Assembly (NCBI GenBank): GCA_016198905.1
Contig: JACQHR010000013.1
Location: 6,153-70,152 of the forward strand
Reading direction: 5' to 3'
DNA: 64,000 nucleotides
Source of the DNA: Candidatus Omnitrophota bacterium
GTDB lineage: Bacteria; Omnitrophota; Gorgyraeia; Aquiviventales; Aquiviventaceae
Shown here: positions 37,606 to 46,792 of the stretch, piece after piece
How the letters are laid out: each line of letters begins with the position of its first letter
Position numbering within the stretch: position 1 is the first letter of the stretch
Position numbers and translations under genes: made by a program
The notes under the pieces: model-generated
The model's database searches: none
Told to the model about the DNA's origin: nothing
Seen by the model: only the letters and a program-made list of their open reading frames with translations

Positions 37606-39297
37606 TTATCGAAGACGTGCTATCATCCAACCGAGGATGCCGATGAGGCAAGCCCAAGCGAACCAGTCACCCCAACGCTCATAGAGGGTGCGGGTGTAGC
37701 TCAGCGGGACATCACACGCGTGCGTGCCGGCAATGAAGAGTTCGCGACCCTGTTCATCGTGAACGCTTCCAAGAATGCGACCGGCGGGATCGATGCAGCC
37801 GGACCATCCCGTGTTGGCCGCGCGCACCACCGGCACCCGCAGCTCCACCGCGCGGAAGATCGAGGTCTGCGCGTGCTGATAGGCCGCCGCCGTCGGCCCG
37901 AACCACGCGTCGTTGGTGATGACCACCAGCATCCGCGCCCCTTCTTGGACAAACCGTCGCGCAAGCTCAGGAAACACATCTTCGAAACAGATGAGGACGC
38001 TGAACGGGGGCAAGGGGCGGGAGACAGGAGACGTGGGAAAACCGGTTTTCCCTCGCCCCTCGTCTCTCGCCCCCCGCCCCAGCACATCAGCTTCTTGCTC
38101 AATATGAAATACGGTGTGGTGATGCCCACGATCGAAGTCGCCGATCGGCGGCAACAGGCGGCGCAGCCACGGCAAGGTGCGTTCAAAGGGCACGAACTCG
38201 CCGAACGGGACCAGGTGCAGCTTGTCATAGCGCTGATCGATGACGCCGCGATGATCGACGAGTGCTGCGCTGTTGGTCATCATCCACTCCACGCCATCAA
38301 GATGTCCCATTGGAGCGCCCACCAACAGGGGTGCTTTCACCGACTTGGCAAGCGCAAAGACGCGCTGCGTGATCTCCTCATCGAGCCCGAAATAGCCCGG
38401 CACGGAAGTCTCCGGCCAGACGATGAGATCAGGCTCGGTGCGCGCAGCTTCACGCGTGAGCGTTTCGTACTGCGTCAAGATCCGCTCCTGGAACGCTTCG
38501 TCCCATTTCTCAGTTTGAGGGATGTTGCCCTGCGCCACCGCTACCCTGATCGATGAGGCATCGACGATGCTGCTGATGCGCCACGCGCCGTAGCCAAGCC
38601 CAATGAGGACGAGGATCATGACGCACGCCGCGCGAATAAGAACGGATTGTGTGCGTTTTCCGCCCCCCACCCCCCCGGCCCGCCGATTACTACCGTCGGG
38701 GCGGGCCCGCCCCCTGCCCCAAACTGTCGTGCTGATGTAGTCCGCAATCGCCGCATTCCCCATCACGATCAGGAACGATATCCCCCACGCGCCGGTCAGA
38801 TCTGCGAACTGAATGAGCGGCCGCCACGACGTCTGCGAATACGCCAGCAGATTCCAGCCCATCCCCGTGAGGACGTGGCTGCGCGCAAACTCCAGCGTCA
38901 CCCACAGCGCAGGAATCACAATCAGACTCCGGACACCAGATCTCAGACCACAGACAAACCTACCCTGATGTCTGATGTCTGATGTCTGATGTCTGACGAC
39001 GCACCAGCCGAAGATCCCGAAATAGAGCGCGAGGTACGCGCACAGCACGAGCCACCCGACGACGGTGACATAGATCAGCCACCACATCGAGCCGAGGAAG
39101 AACAGTGCACCGATGAGATACGACCACCAAAACGCCGCGCGCGATGACGTCGTGCGCAACAGCAACAGCCACGGAACGAAAGCAATCCACGCGCACCAGG
39201 GCTGATTGAAATTCGGAAATGACAGGACGAGCAGGATGGCGCTACTGAGCGCCGGCAACAGAGGACGAACGATGCGGGACAAACGACGCGTGGTCAA
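37606..39297 (-). CDS. lnt: apolipoprotein N-acyltransferase, carrying three repeat-derived insertions
   Basis: N-terminal multi-TM region plus a CN-hydrolase domain with E/K/C motifs (VWPETSVPG; YDKLHLVPFGE; VLICFED). The suggested start is TTG 39297, which overlaps the upstream stop (TTGA). The ORF-track Met at 39393 would overlap the upstream gene by 100 nt. Confidence 0.85.
   Translation of the reverse strand: MTTRRLSRIVRPLLPALSSAILLVLSFPNFNQPWCAWIAFVPWLLLLRTTSSRAAFWWSYLIGALFFLGSMWWLIYVTVVGWLVLCAYLALYFGIFGWCVVRHQTSDIRHQGRFVCGLRSGVRSLIVIPALWVTLEFARSHVLTGMGWNLLAYSQTSWRPLIQFADLTGAWGISFLIVMGNAAIADYISTTVWGRGRARPDGSNRRAGGVGGGKRTQSVLIRAACVMILVLIGLGYGAWRISSIVDASSIRVAVAQGNIPQTEKWDEAFQERILTQYETLTREAARTEPDLIVWPETSVPGYFGLDEEITQRVFALAKSVKAPLLVGAPMGHLDGVEWMMTNSAALVDHRGVIDQRYDKLHLVPFGEFVPFERTLPWLRRLLPPIGDFDRGHHHTVFHIEQEADVLGRGARDEGRGKTGFPTSPVSRPLPPFSVLICFEDVFPELARRFVQEGARMLVVITNDAWFGPTAAAYQHAQTSIFRAVELRVPVVRAANTGWSGCIDPAGRILGSVHDEQGRELFIAGTHACDVPLSYTRTLYERWGDWFAWACLIGILGWMIARLR
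38006..38080. repeat. GC-rich palindromic element, family C copy 3 (inside lnt; 75 bp)
   Basis: GGGGGCAAGGGGCGGGAGACAGGAGACGTGGGAAAACCGGTTTTCCCTCGCCCCTCGTCTCTCGCCCCCCGCCCC. This is an imperfect palindrome centred on AACCGGTT. Confidence 0.85.
38660..38720. repeat. GC-block palindromic element, family D copy 2 (inside lnt)
   Basis: CCGCCCCCCACCCCCCCGGCCCGCC-gattactaccgtc-GGGGCGGGCCCGCCCCCTGCCCC. Confidence 0.7.
38923..39000. repeat. inverted heptamer arrays (CAGACNN / TGATGTC) inside lnt
   Basis: Left array at 38923-38957: cagactc cggacac cagatct cagacca cagacaa. Right array at 38966-39000: tgatgtc x4 perfect, then tgacgac. The module is 78 nt (26 codons) and the frame stays open. Confidence 0.85.
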
Positions 39298-39935
39298 TAG
39301 CTCGACGAATGTTGCAATTGCTGTTGCGACTTCCAGACGCCATACCCGACGAGCGATCCCCAGATCGCGCCATGCAGCACGCTGAAGTACCACGGCTTAA
39401 ACGCGAGCCACCACCAGAACGATCCGGCGCATCCGCTCACGGCGCCGATCAGGACATGTGTCAGTAACCGCCGGCTCTTCAACAGGCCGCACGCCGCCGC
39501 GAGGAGTACGAACACCGATCCCGCGAGTCCAAAAGCTTGGAAGAGCGTCCACAGCGTTTCGAGCTCGAGCCGAAACGGCCACAGCGCCCGCAGGATGTCT
39601 TCTCGAGACAACCCAGCGATATCGCCAGACCAGAGTTTGACGGAACTGACATAGAGGCTAATCGGAATATAGGGAATCCATCCGCAGATGATGCCGCTGA
39701 CCGGCACACCCACCCATCGCATCCAGAGAGGTTTCTTCGAAAGCCTTGCGGCGAGTCCCACGCCCACGAGGGCCAGCAATGCGCCGTGGGCCGCTCCCGC
39801 CGGCACGATGTGCCAAGTGAACTGCCCACTAAACACGTCCGACGGCACGGGAAACTTGGCATAGCACCACCACGCATTGATCGCCCCACCCACTCCGCCC
39901 ATCAATCCGATCAGACCAAGCGCACGAGCTCTCAT
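39294..39935 (-). CDS. hypothetical multi-pass membrane protein
   Basis: 213-aa ORF with about 6 hydrophobic segments. It is co-directional and tightly packed with its neighbours. I recognise no motif. Confidence 0.5.
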   Translation of the reverse strand: MRARALGLIGLMGGVGGAINAWWCYAKFPVPSDVFSGQFTWHIVPAGAAHGALLALVGVGLAARLSKKPLWMRWVGVPVSGIICGWIPYIPISLYVSSVKLWSGDIAGLSREDILRALWPFRLELETLWTLFQAFGLAGSVFVLLAAACGLLKSRRLLTHVLIGAVSGCAGSFWWWLAFKPWYFSVLHGAIWGSLVGYGVWKSQQQLQHSSSY

Positions 39936-39960
39936 CGGTGGGCCTTATTCCAACCACCCG

Positions 39961-39997
39961 CACGCCAGCACGTCTGCACGTCTACACGTATGCACGG
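39961..39997. repeat. octamer array (CACGTCTN family, same units as 10273-10335)
   Basis: cacgccag cacgtctg cacgtcta cacgtatg cacgg. It lies in the secA-downstream gap. Confidence 0.8.
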
Positions 39998-39999
39998 TT

Positions 40000-42900
40000 C
40001 TATTGCCCATGACACTTCTTGTACTTCTTATTGCTACCGCACGGGCAGGGCTCGTTGCGACCGACTTTGGGGCCTGTGTGTTGCGTTGGACTTCGAGGCT
40101 GGAGGCTGGAGGCTGGAGGCTGGAGGCGTTTCTCCGAAGCTTGGAGCCTGGAGCCTGGAGCCGAACCTATTGGAAGCGTTGATGCTTCATCAGTGAGAGG
40201 AGCGGGAATGAAGCGCGCGGCTTCCGAGGCCTCGGGATGGACTTCTTGCACCGGCGTTCTAGCGAACACGCTGACAGGGCGCGCCTCAGCCGCAACGGGC
40301 TGTACACGCAACAGCATCGTCAGCGAATCCAGCTTGATGGACTCGATCATCACTTGAAACAATTCGTGGGCTTCGCGCTGATATTCGACGACGGGATCGC
40401 GCTGGCCGTAGGCGCGCAAGTGGATGCCTTCGCGCAACGCATCCATCATGTAGAGATGGTCTTTCCATTTTTGATCCATGATCGAGAGCAGGACGGTGCG
40501 CTCCAGCTGCGCCATCATCTCCGGGCCGATCGAGACCCGCTTCGCCTCATAGGCCTGCTCGAAGGCGTGCGTGATGGCCGCGCCAATGGCGTCGCGGTCT
40601 GCGATCGTCGCTTCTTCGCCGAGCGTCACCATGAACTGGCGGCCGGCGGCTTCGCGCAACCCGGCGAGGTCCCAGGCATCCGATCGCAGTTCGTTGGAGG
40701 CAAACGTGCTAAGCAGGCCATCGGCGACCTCTTTGATGATTTCGCGGACAAGACCCTGGAGGTCCACTCCTTCGAGAATCCGACGGCGCTGCTCATAGAT
40801 GACCTCGCGCTGCCGGTTCATCGTGCTGTCGTACTCGACGAGTTGTTTCCGGATATCAAAGTTGTGGCCCTCGACGCGCCGCTGCGCGGTCTCAATGGCT
40901 TTCGAGACCATCCCGTGCTCGATCGGCAAGCCCTCTTCCCATTTAAACCACGGCAGCTCCATCAGCTTCGCGATGCGATCCGAGCCGAAAATGCGCATCA
41001 AATCATCTTCGAGGGAGAGATAAAACCGCGAGGATCCCGGATCGCCCTGACGGCCGGAACGACCGCGCAACTGATTGTCGATGCGGCGCGCCTCATGGCG
41101 CTCGGTGCCGAGCACGTGCAGGCCTCCGACAGCGACGACTTGTTCGTGTTCAGACTCGCAGAGTTTCTTGAATCGCTCGACGATGGCGTGCCGCTCAGTC
41201 TCCTCCAGCGGGGCTTGGCGCTTCTCTTCCTCGGCGCGGATGGCGTCATCCGCCAGCGCTTGAGGATGGCCGCCAAGGAGAATGTCGGTGCCTCGTCCGG
41301 CCATGTTGGTGGCGATCGTGAGCGCGCCTTTGCGGCCGGCCTGGGCGACGATGTGCGCTTCATGCTCATGATATTTGGCGTTGAGGACGTTGTGCGGCAG
41401 CCCGGCCTTGATGGTCGCTGCGGTCTGCACGAGACGCACGATGTCCTCGAGCCTGAAGATGAGCGTCGACTTGGGCGCCTCGCGCTTGAGTTGCGCCAAC
41501 CACTCGCCGACTTGCGCATCCGTGAGGGTCGCCGGCCGCGCGAGTCCTTGTTCAAGCGACGTGCGCAGCGCGTCGCCGAGCGATTCCTTCTTCAGCTCCT
41601 CCAGCGTCCACTGACACACCGTGCTCAACCGCTTCATGATGGGGCCGGGCTCTTTCAGGAACCGCGAGAGCCGCTCGGACTTCTCGATCGAGATCGTGCC
41701 GATGAGCACCGGCTGTCCGGCGCGGTAATGACTGACGATTTCCTGCACGACCGCGAGAAATTTCTCATCCTCGGTTTTATACACCGTATCCGCAAAGTTG
41801 GCGCGGATGAGCGGGCGATTGGTCGGGATGGCCAAGACGTCGAGCTGGTAGATCGTGCTGAACTCCTGCGCTTCGGTGGACGCGGTGCCGGTCATGCCGG
41901 CGAGCTTTTCGTACATGCGGAAGTAATTCTGAAAGGTCACCGAGGCCAGCGTTTGATTCTCTTCGCGAATCCGCACGTTTTCCTTCGCCTCGATCGCTTG
42001 ATGGAGCCCATCGCTCCAGCGCCGTCCCGGCATCAGACGCCCCGTGAACTCATCCACGATGATGATCTCGCCGTCCTTGACCATGTAGTCCACGTCGCAT
42101 TTGAAGAGCTCGTGCGCGCGCAGCGCCTGATTGATGTGATGCACGAGGCGCATGTTCATCTCGTCGTAGAGATTGCCGACCCCGAGCAGCTCTTCGCAGT
42201 GCTTGATGCCCTCTTCCGTGAGACTGACACCTTGCTCTTTCTCATCCACTTCGTACTCCGCGCCTTTGTTCAACCGGGCGACCAATTTATCCAGCTTGTA
42301 GTAGAGCTCGGTCGACTCTTCGGCGGGGCCGGAGATGATGAGCGGTGTTCTGGCTTCATCGATCAAAATGCTGTCGACTTCATCCACGATGGCATAGTGG
42401 TACTCACGTTGGACGAGATCTTCGAGGCGAAACCGCATGTTATCGCGCAGGTAGTCGAAGCCGAACTCGTTGTTCTGCCCGTAGGTGATATCGGCCGCGT
42501 AGGCCTCTTTGCGCGGCACCGGCCGCAGGTGCATAAAGCGCTCGGCCGTCTGCGTCCAGGAGGGATCGTAGAGAAAGGAGAGCGACTCTTCTCCCGGTCG
42601 CCGCTCAGCCGGATCCACACCCTGGATGACGCCGAGGGTGAGCCCCAGCGCGTGATAGATCGGCCCCATCCAGCGCGTATCGCGGCGCGCAAGGTAGTCG
42701 TTGACCGTCACGATGTGCACACCGCGGCCCGTCAGGGCGTTGAGATACGCAGGCAGGGTCGCCACGAGCGTCTTGCCTTCCCCGGTTGCCATCTCCGAAA
42801 TCTTGCCCTCGTGCAGCACCATGCCGCCCATGAGCTGCGTATCGAAGTGCCGCATGTTCAGCACCCGTCGGCTCGCCTCTCGCACGACCGCGAAGGCTTC

Positions 42901-43197
42901 CGGCAGGATCGTACCGAGCGCTTTCTGCTGAATGGCGCGCCGTTGCTTTCTGAGCTCAAGCCGCTCGTCATGATCGCGCTCGTACCATGCCGGATCGGCC
43001 GGTGTGAGGAACGTGTGAGTCGTCAGCTGTTCGCGAAGCCGCACGCGGAATTCGTCGGTCTTCGCCCGCAACTGGGCATCCGAGAGCTTCTGAATCTCCG
43101 GCTCGAGCCGATTGATGCGCTCGACCGTCGGCCAGAGCCGCTTGCGCGCCCGCTCGTGGTGCGTGCCGATCACTTTCTGAACAATCCAATTGACCAT
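40000..43197 (-). CDS. secA: preprotein translocase ATPase SecA
   Basis: 1065 aa. [20 protein letters not shown] (Walker A), [19 protein letters not shown] (DEAD), and the C-terminal zinc-binding tail [14 protein letters not shown]. Confidence 0.95.
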   Translation of the reverse strand: MVNWIVQKVIGTHHERARKRLWPTVERINRLEPEIQKLSDAQLRAKTDEFRVRLREQLTTHTFLTPADPAWYERDHDERLELRKQRRAIQQKALGTILPEAFAVVREASRRVLNMRHFDTQLMGGMVLHEGKISEMATGEGKTLVATLPAYLNALTGRGVHIVTVNDYLARRDTRWMGPIYHALGLTLGVIQGVDPAERRPGEESLSFLYDPSWTQTAERFMHLRPVPRKEAYAADITYGQNNEFGFDYLRDNMRFRLEDLVQREYHYAIVDEVDSILIDEARTPLIISGPAEESTELYYKLDKLVARLNKGAEYEVDEKEQGVSLTEEGIKHCEELLGVGNLYDEMNMRLVHHINQALRAHELFKCDVDYMVKDGEIIIVDEFTGRLMPGRRWSDGLHQAIEAKENVRIREENQTLASVTFQNYFRMYEKLAGMTGTASTEAQEFSTIYQLDVLAIPTNRPLIRANFADTVYKTEDEKFLAVVQEIVSHYRAGQPVLIGTISIEKSERLSRFLKEPGPIMKRLSTVCQWTLEELKKESLGDALRTSLEQGLARPATLTDAQVGEWLAQLKREAPKSTLIFRLEDIVRLVQTAATIKAGLPHNVLNAKYHEHEAHIVAQAGRKGALTIATNMAGRGTDILLGGHPQALADDAIRAEEEKRQAPLEETERHAIVERFKKLCESEHEQVVAVGGLHVLGTERHEARRIDNQLRGRSGRQGDPGSSRFYLSLEDDLMRIFGSDRIAKLMELPWFKWEEGLPIEHGMVSKAIETAQRRVEGHNFDIRKQLVEYDSTMNRQREVIYEQRRRILEGVDLQGLVREIIKEVADGLLSTFASNELRSDAWDLAGLREAAGRQFMVTLGEEATIADRDAIGAAITHAFEQAYEAKRVSIGPEMMAQLERTVLLSIMDQKWKDHLYMMDALREGIHLRAYGQRDPVVEYQREAHELFQVMIESIKLDSLTMLLRVQPVAAEARPVSVFARTPVQEVHPEASEAARFIPAPLTDEASTLPIGSAPGSRLQASEKRLQPPASSLQPRSPTQHTGPKVGRNEPCPCGSNKKYKKCHGQ
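40094..40158. repeat. two heptamer arrays (GGAGGCT x4; AGCCTGG x3-4) inside the secA C-terminal linker
   Basis: First array at 40094-40121: cgaggct ggaggct ggaggct ggaggcg. Second array at 40131-40158: agcttgg agcctgg agcctgg agccgaa. Confidence 0.85.
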
Positions 43198-43198
43198 A

Positions 43199-43230
43199 CT
43201 GTGTGCTTTCTGCTTAGTGCTGTGTGCTGG
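43199..43230. repeat. heptamer array (CTGTGTG family) spanning the prfB stop / secA start gap
   Basis: ctgtgtg ctttctg cttagtg ctgtgtg ctgg. Confidence 0.8.
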
Positions 43231-44360
43231 ATTGCGCTTTCCACTTCAAATACGCTTCCATGAAGGGATCGAGTTTGCCCTCGAGCACCGCCTGCGCGTT
43301 TCCCGTCTCATGCTCCGTGCGATGATCTTTCACCATATTATACGGATGCAGCACGTAGGAGCGAATCTGCGAGCCCCACTCGATTTTCTGTTTGGACTGA
43401 TACTCCTTGGCGGCTTGCTCTTCCTTTTTGCGTCGTTCGAGATCCGCTAAGCGCGCTTTGAGCACGTGCATCGCTTTGGCTTTGTTCTGCAGCTGGGAGC
43501 GCTCGTCCTGGCATTGCACCACCGTCCCGGTCGGCACGTGCGTGATGCGCACCGCCGAGTCGGTGGTATTCACCGACTGGCCGCCTTTGCCGCCGGAGCG
43601 GAAGACGTCGATGCGCAGGTCGCCTTCGTTGATTTCAATCGGCGCGTCTTCATCGGCTTCCGGGACGACATCAATCGAGACGAAGGAGGTGTGGCGGCGC
43701 TTGTTGGCATCGAAGGGTGAAATCCGCACGAGCCGGTGCACCCCTTCCTCGCTCTGGAGATAGCCGTAGGCGTACGGGCCCTTCACGATGACCGTCGCAC
43801 TCTTAACACCGGCTTCTTCGCCCGGCTGCAGGTCGATGAGTTCCGTCGAAAACCCGCGTTCATCCGCCCAGCGACGGTACATCCGCAGCAGCATCTGCGC
43901 CCAGTCGCACGATTCGGTGCCGCCCGCGCCTGAATGGACTGTGAGGATCGCATGCTTGCCGTCGACCTCGCCGCCGAGGAGCCGCTGAATCTCGAGCTGC
44001 CCAAACTGCGCCTCGAGCTTGGTGATGTCTTGGGCCAGCTGTGCCAGTGAGGATTGATCGTCGCCATCGATGATCCCGAGCAACTCGGTGAGGTCGCGCA
44101 GCCCCTGCTCGAACTGGTCGATCGGTGTGCGCTGCGCTTTGAGGGTTTTCAGGGTTTGGATGGTCTTGTTGGCGCGGTCCTGATCGGACCAGAAGTCGCC
44201 CTGCGCCATCGCCTGCTCGATCTCGGTGATGCGAGCGGTGATCGCCTCGAGGTCAAAGATACCTCCGCAGTTCGGTCCAGCGCTGCTGGAGCACGGAAAG
44301 GCGATTGCGCAAGTCAACGAGTTGGTCCGGAACCTGAGATGGCGACATTGAGAGAAGCAT
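43214..44360 (-). CDS. prfB: peptide chain release factor 2 (requires programmed +1 frameshift; join 44360..44256 and 44254..43214)
   Basis: Frame 0 from ATG 44360 reads [35 protein letters not shown] then TGA. The +1 frame continues DLEAITARI...FWSDQ... and contains SPF and GGQ (GGKGGQSVN). Confidence 0.92.
44252..44266 (-). promoter_or_regulatory. RF2 programmed +1 ribosomal frameshift site (internal SD-like GGAGG + CUU UGA C)
   Basis: The minus strand reads CGG AGG TAT CTT TGA CCT. GGAGG is at 44266..44262, CTT at 44258..44256, TGA at 44255..44253, followed by C. Confidence 0.9.
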
Positions 44361-44390
44361 CAGTGTAACACGGGCGGTCGTGCGGAACAA

Positions 44391-45872
44391 TCACGCGTTC
44401 GCTGGGGGCTGAGCGTGTGATGCGGTGAGGCGCTGTTCCTTGTCGGCCAACACCTTCAGGAAGGCCTCGACGACGGCAGGATCGTACTGCACGCCGGCGA
44501 ACTTCTGTAATTCCGCCTTCGCGTCCTCAACGGTCATGCGTTTGCGATACGGGCGGTCGGTGACCATCGCGTCGTAGGTATCGGCCACGGAGAGAATGCG
44601 CGCGCCCAACGGAATGGCGTCTCCTTTGAGTCCCGCGGGATAGCCTGCCCCATCGTAGCGCTCGTGGTGATGGCGGACCAGGGCGACGACGTTCTGCAGC
44701 GACCGCACCGGCTTGACGATCGCCTCACCGATGATCGGATGCTGCTGCATGATCTTTTGCTCATCGTCGGTCAGCGGAGTGGCCTTTAACAGGATCTCGT
44801 CCTTGATCCCGATCTTGCCGATGTCATGAAGGATGCCGGCGTTGGTGAGGACGCGCAGGGTATCTTGATCCAATCCCATCACTTCGCCGATCTTGCTGGC
44901 GTAGAAGCCCACACGCTTCGAATGCCCGGCGCTGTAGGGATCTTTGGCCTCCACCGCCAGCGCCAGCGCCATGATGGTTTCGATGTAGGTGCGTTCGACG
45001 TCAAGGTTCAACCGATAGTTTTCCATCGCCACGGCGATCTGCGAGCCGATGCTCGTCACGAGCGATTCGTCATCTTCGGTAAACGGCTTCGACGCGTCGG
45101 TGCGTAGGACGGTGATGACGCCAATGGCGTGTTCGCGCAATTTCAGCGGCACGCTGAGCACCGCGCCGTCTTTGCCATGGCCGCTGCCGAACCCAAGGGC
45201 TGCGGGACTGCTCGTGGCTCGCATCGCACGGCCTTCCTTCGCCACCAACCCGGCAATGCCCTCTCCCAGCTTGAGGCGCGGTGTTTGATCGGGCGGTGTG
45301 GCTGGCCCATTCAGCGACCAGCCCGTCTTGATGTACAGTTCCTGCTTTTCCCCATCCACCAGCATGAGGCTGCCCATTTGGGCCTCGAGGGCCACCGCCG
45401 CGTTCTCCACGATCAGCGTCAGGAGGTTATCGATGCCTTCGTACGACACGATCGCCGTGCCGATGCGGGAGAGGAGCTTCTTGACCAGCTGGCGCGAGGA
45501 TTCGAGCTCGTCGATCTTCTGTTCGAGCTCATGGGTGATCCGGTTAAACGCGCGAGCGAGCTCTCCGATCTCGTTCTGTTCGGTCACTTCAATCTTGCCG
45601 GGCAGCTCCCCATCGGAGAGCGCGGCCACTTTGGCGGTCACCTTCAAGACCGAGCGCACCATGGGCCTGGCAATGGCGAAATACCCGATGAAGGCCGAGC
45701 CCACGATAACGCAGATGGCGATCCCCCAATTCAGCCCGTGGACCATCGCCCAGATGACGAGGACGGGAATGAAGACCATGAAGCCAAAAGCGAGAGCGAG
45801 CTTGTACTCCAGCCGCTCCTCCGCGGGACGTTTGCGCGGCGCGGGCTGTGGCATCGTGGATGACGTTGTCAT
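44391..45872 (-). CDS. membrane-bound HAMP-GAF-HD-GYP domain protein (putative c-di-GMP phosphodiesterase)
   Basis: TM helices, then a HAMP-like segment and a GAF domain. The HD-GYP domain shows HSKRV, LHDIGKIGI and HHERYDGAGYP. The start is ATG 45872 (MTTSSTMPQ...). Confidence 0.85.
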   Translation of the reverse strand: MTTSSTMPQPAPRKRPAEERLEYKLALAFGFMVFIPVLVIWAMVHGLNWGIAICVIVGSAFIGYFAIARPMVRSVLKVTAKVAALSDGELPGKIEVTEQNEIGELARAFNRITHELEQKIDELESSRQLVKKLLSRIGTAIVSYEGIDNLLTLIVENAAVALEAQMGSLMLVDGEKQELYIKTGWSLNGPATPPDQTPRLKLGEGIAGLVAKEGRAMRATSSPAALGFGSGHGKDGAVLSVPLKLREHAIGVITVLRTDASKPFTEDDESLVTSIGSQIAVAMENYRLNLDVERTYIETIMALALAVEAKDPYSAGHSKRVGFYASKIGEVMGLDQDTLRVLTNAGILHDIGKIGIKDEILLKATPLTDDEQKIMQQHPIIGEAIVKPVRSLQNVVALVRHHHERYDGAGYPAGLKGDAIPLGARILSVADTYDAMVTDRPYRKRMTVEDAKAELQKFAGVQYDPAVVEAFLKVLADKEQRLTASHAQPPANA

Positions 45873-46107
45873 GTTCTGCGCTCGTAGCGTTATATGAAGA
45901 GTGACGTGGAAGAGGGCAGGCTCGGAACCTGCCCTCCTAAGAAAAAGTATACCTGAGGTTGCGGAACGCCGACGCAACTCTATGAAAAATTATGCAACAG
46001 CACGTCCCGCTAAGGGATTGTGCGAGGACTCAAGGAGGAGTAAGACAATTCCGTAGTGGTCACGTGTGGCGGGTGACACCTCATGAGTTGCGCGCCATCG
46101 GCCCGGA

Positions 46108-46254
46108 CAGGTCCTGAGCCGAACGTCTCGGAGGGCGAGCGACCATGGTTCCCGCACCCAGCGCGCTGGGTGCGGGAGAGCGAGCCCGAGAGCCGAGCAC
46201 CGGCGGCCACGGTGGGGCCGCCGAGTGCGTGCCGGTGAGGGACGCTGGCCGGGG
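46108..46254. repeat. long structured GC-rich element, family A copy 2 (ogt - HD-GYP gap)
   Basis: See copy 1. The internal hairpin here is the perfect 28-nt palindrome CCCGCACCCAGCGCGCTGGGTGCGGG (46151-46178). Copy 1 has GCCCAGCAC...GTGCTGGGC at that position. Confidence 0.8.
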
Positions 46255-46295
46255 CGGCAACATGTAGAGCCTCTCGGCAGGTTTGTGGGATGAAG

Positions 46296-46607
46296 CTAGT
46301 GTTCCTTCCATCCTTCGGCGTATAACAAGGCGCGCTTGCGAGCCAGACCCCGCGCATAGCCGCCAAGCGTTCCGTCTGAGCGCACGACGCGATGGCACGG
46401 GATGCAAGGCGCAAAGGGGTTCTGGTTCAGCGCGTTCCCGACGGCCCGCATGGCGCGCGGGCGGCCGATCTGCCGAGCCACCCACTGGTACGACCGGGTT
46501 TCGCCTTTCGGAATGCGACAAATCGCTCGGTAGACCTGCTGCTGGAACGGCGTCAATGATCCCCACGCGACGCGAGAAACTGTCCTTGGCGGTGGAAGCT
46601 GTCTCAT
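46296..46607 (-). CDS. ogt: methylated-DNA--protein-cysteine methyltransferase (stand-alone DNA-binding/active-site domain)
   Basis: MRQLPPP...TPFQQQVYRAICRIPKGETRSYQWVA...NPFAPCIPCHRVV contains the PCHR active site. ATG 46607 is preceded by GAGGAGGAG. The 218-aa ORF-track version extends through the upstream hairpin element and is too long. Confidence 0.85.
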   Translation of the reverse strand: MRQLPPPRTVSRVAWGSLTPFQQQVYRAICRIPKGETRSYQWVARQIGRPRAMRAVGNALNQNPFAPCIPCHRVVRSDGTLGGYARGLARKRALLYAEGWKEH

Positions 46608-46623
46608 GATGCGTCTCCTCCTC

Positions 46624-46792
46624 GTGTCCCGAGTCAGAAATCCGTTCATCAACTGCGGAGCGGGTGGCACGGCGGAAGTCCCCTTCGCCCGCCCGCAGAA
46701 CCAGCGCGATAGTCGCTGGGCGAGGACGGGTGAAGGGTCCGCCGTGACAGGACCCGCCCAGGGATTGGTCGCGAATCTCTGACTCAGGACAC
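46624..46792. repeat. long hairpin element, family B copy 2 (uvrC-ogt gap)
   Basis: The terminal arms are GTGTCCCGAGTC (46624-46635) / GACTCAGGACAC (46781-46792). The nested stem is CCCTTCGCCCG/CGGGTGAAGGG. The apex is identical to copy 1. Confidence 0.8.

Noticed and set aside
40237-43263. 1008-aa plus-strand ORF
   Set aside because: It lies entirely antisense to secA, whose identity is unambiguous. The translation is Arg/Ala/Gly/His-rich, low in complexity and motif-free. Long antisense ORFs are expected in GC-rich DNA. The same reasoning rejects 46801..48291(+), 30698..31882(+), 36512..37684(+), 54843..55970(+), 24074..24913(+), 6503..7540(+), 14547..15419(+) and similar.
45890-45975. Hairpins GAGGGCAGG-ctcggaa-CCTGCCCTC and GTTGCG-gaacgccga-CGCAAC upstream of the HD-GYP gene as promoter or terminator signals
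   Set aside because: The T/A runs are on the wrong side for a minus-strand terminator. I could not place a convincing -35/-10 pair.
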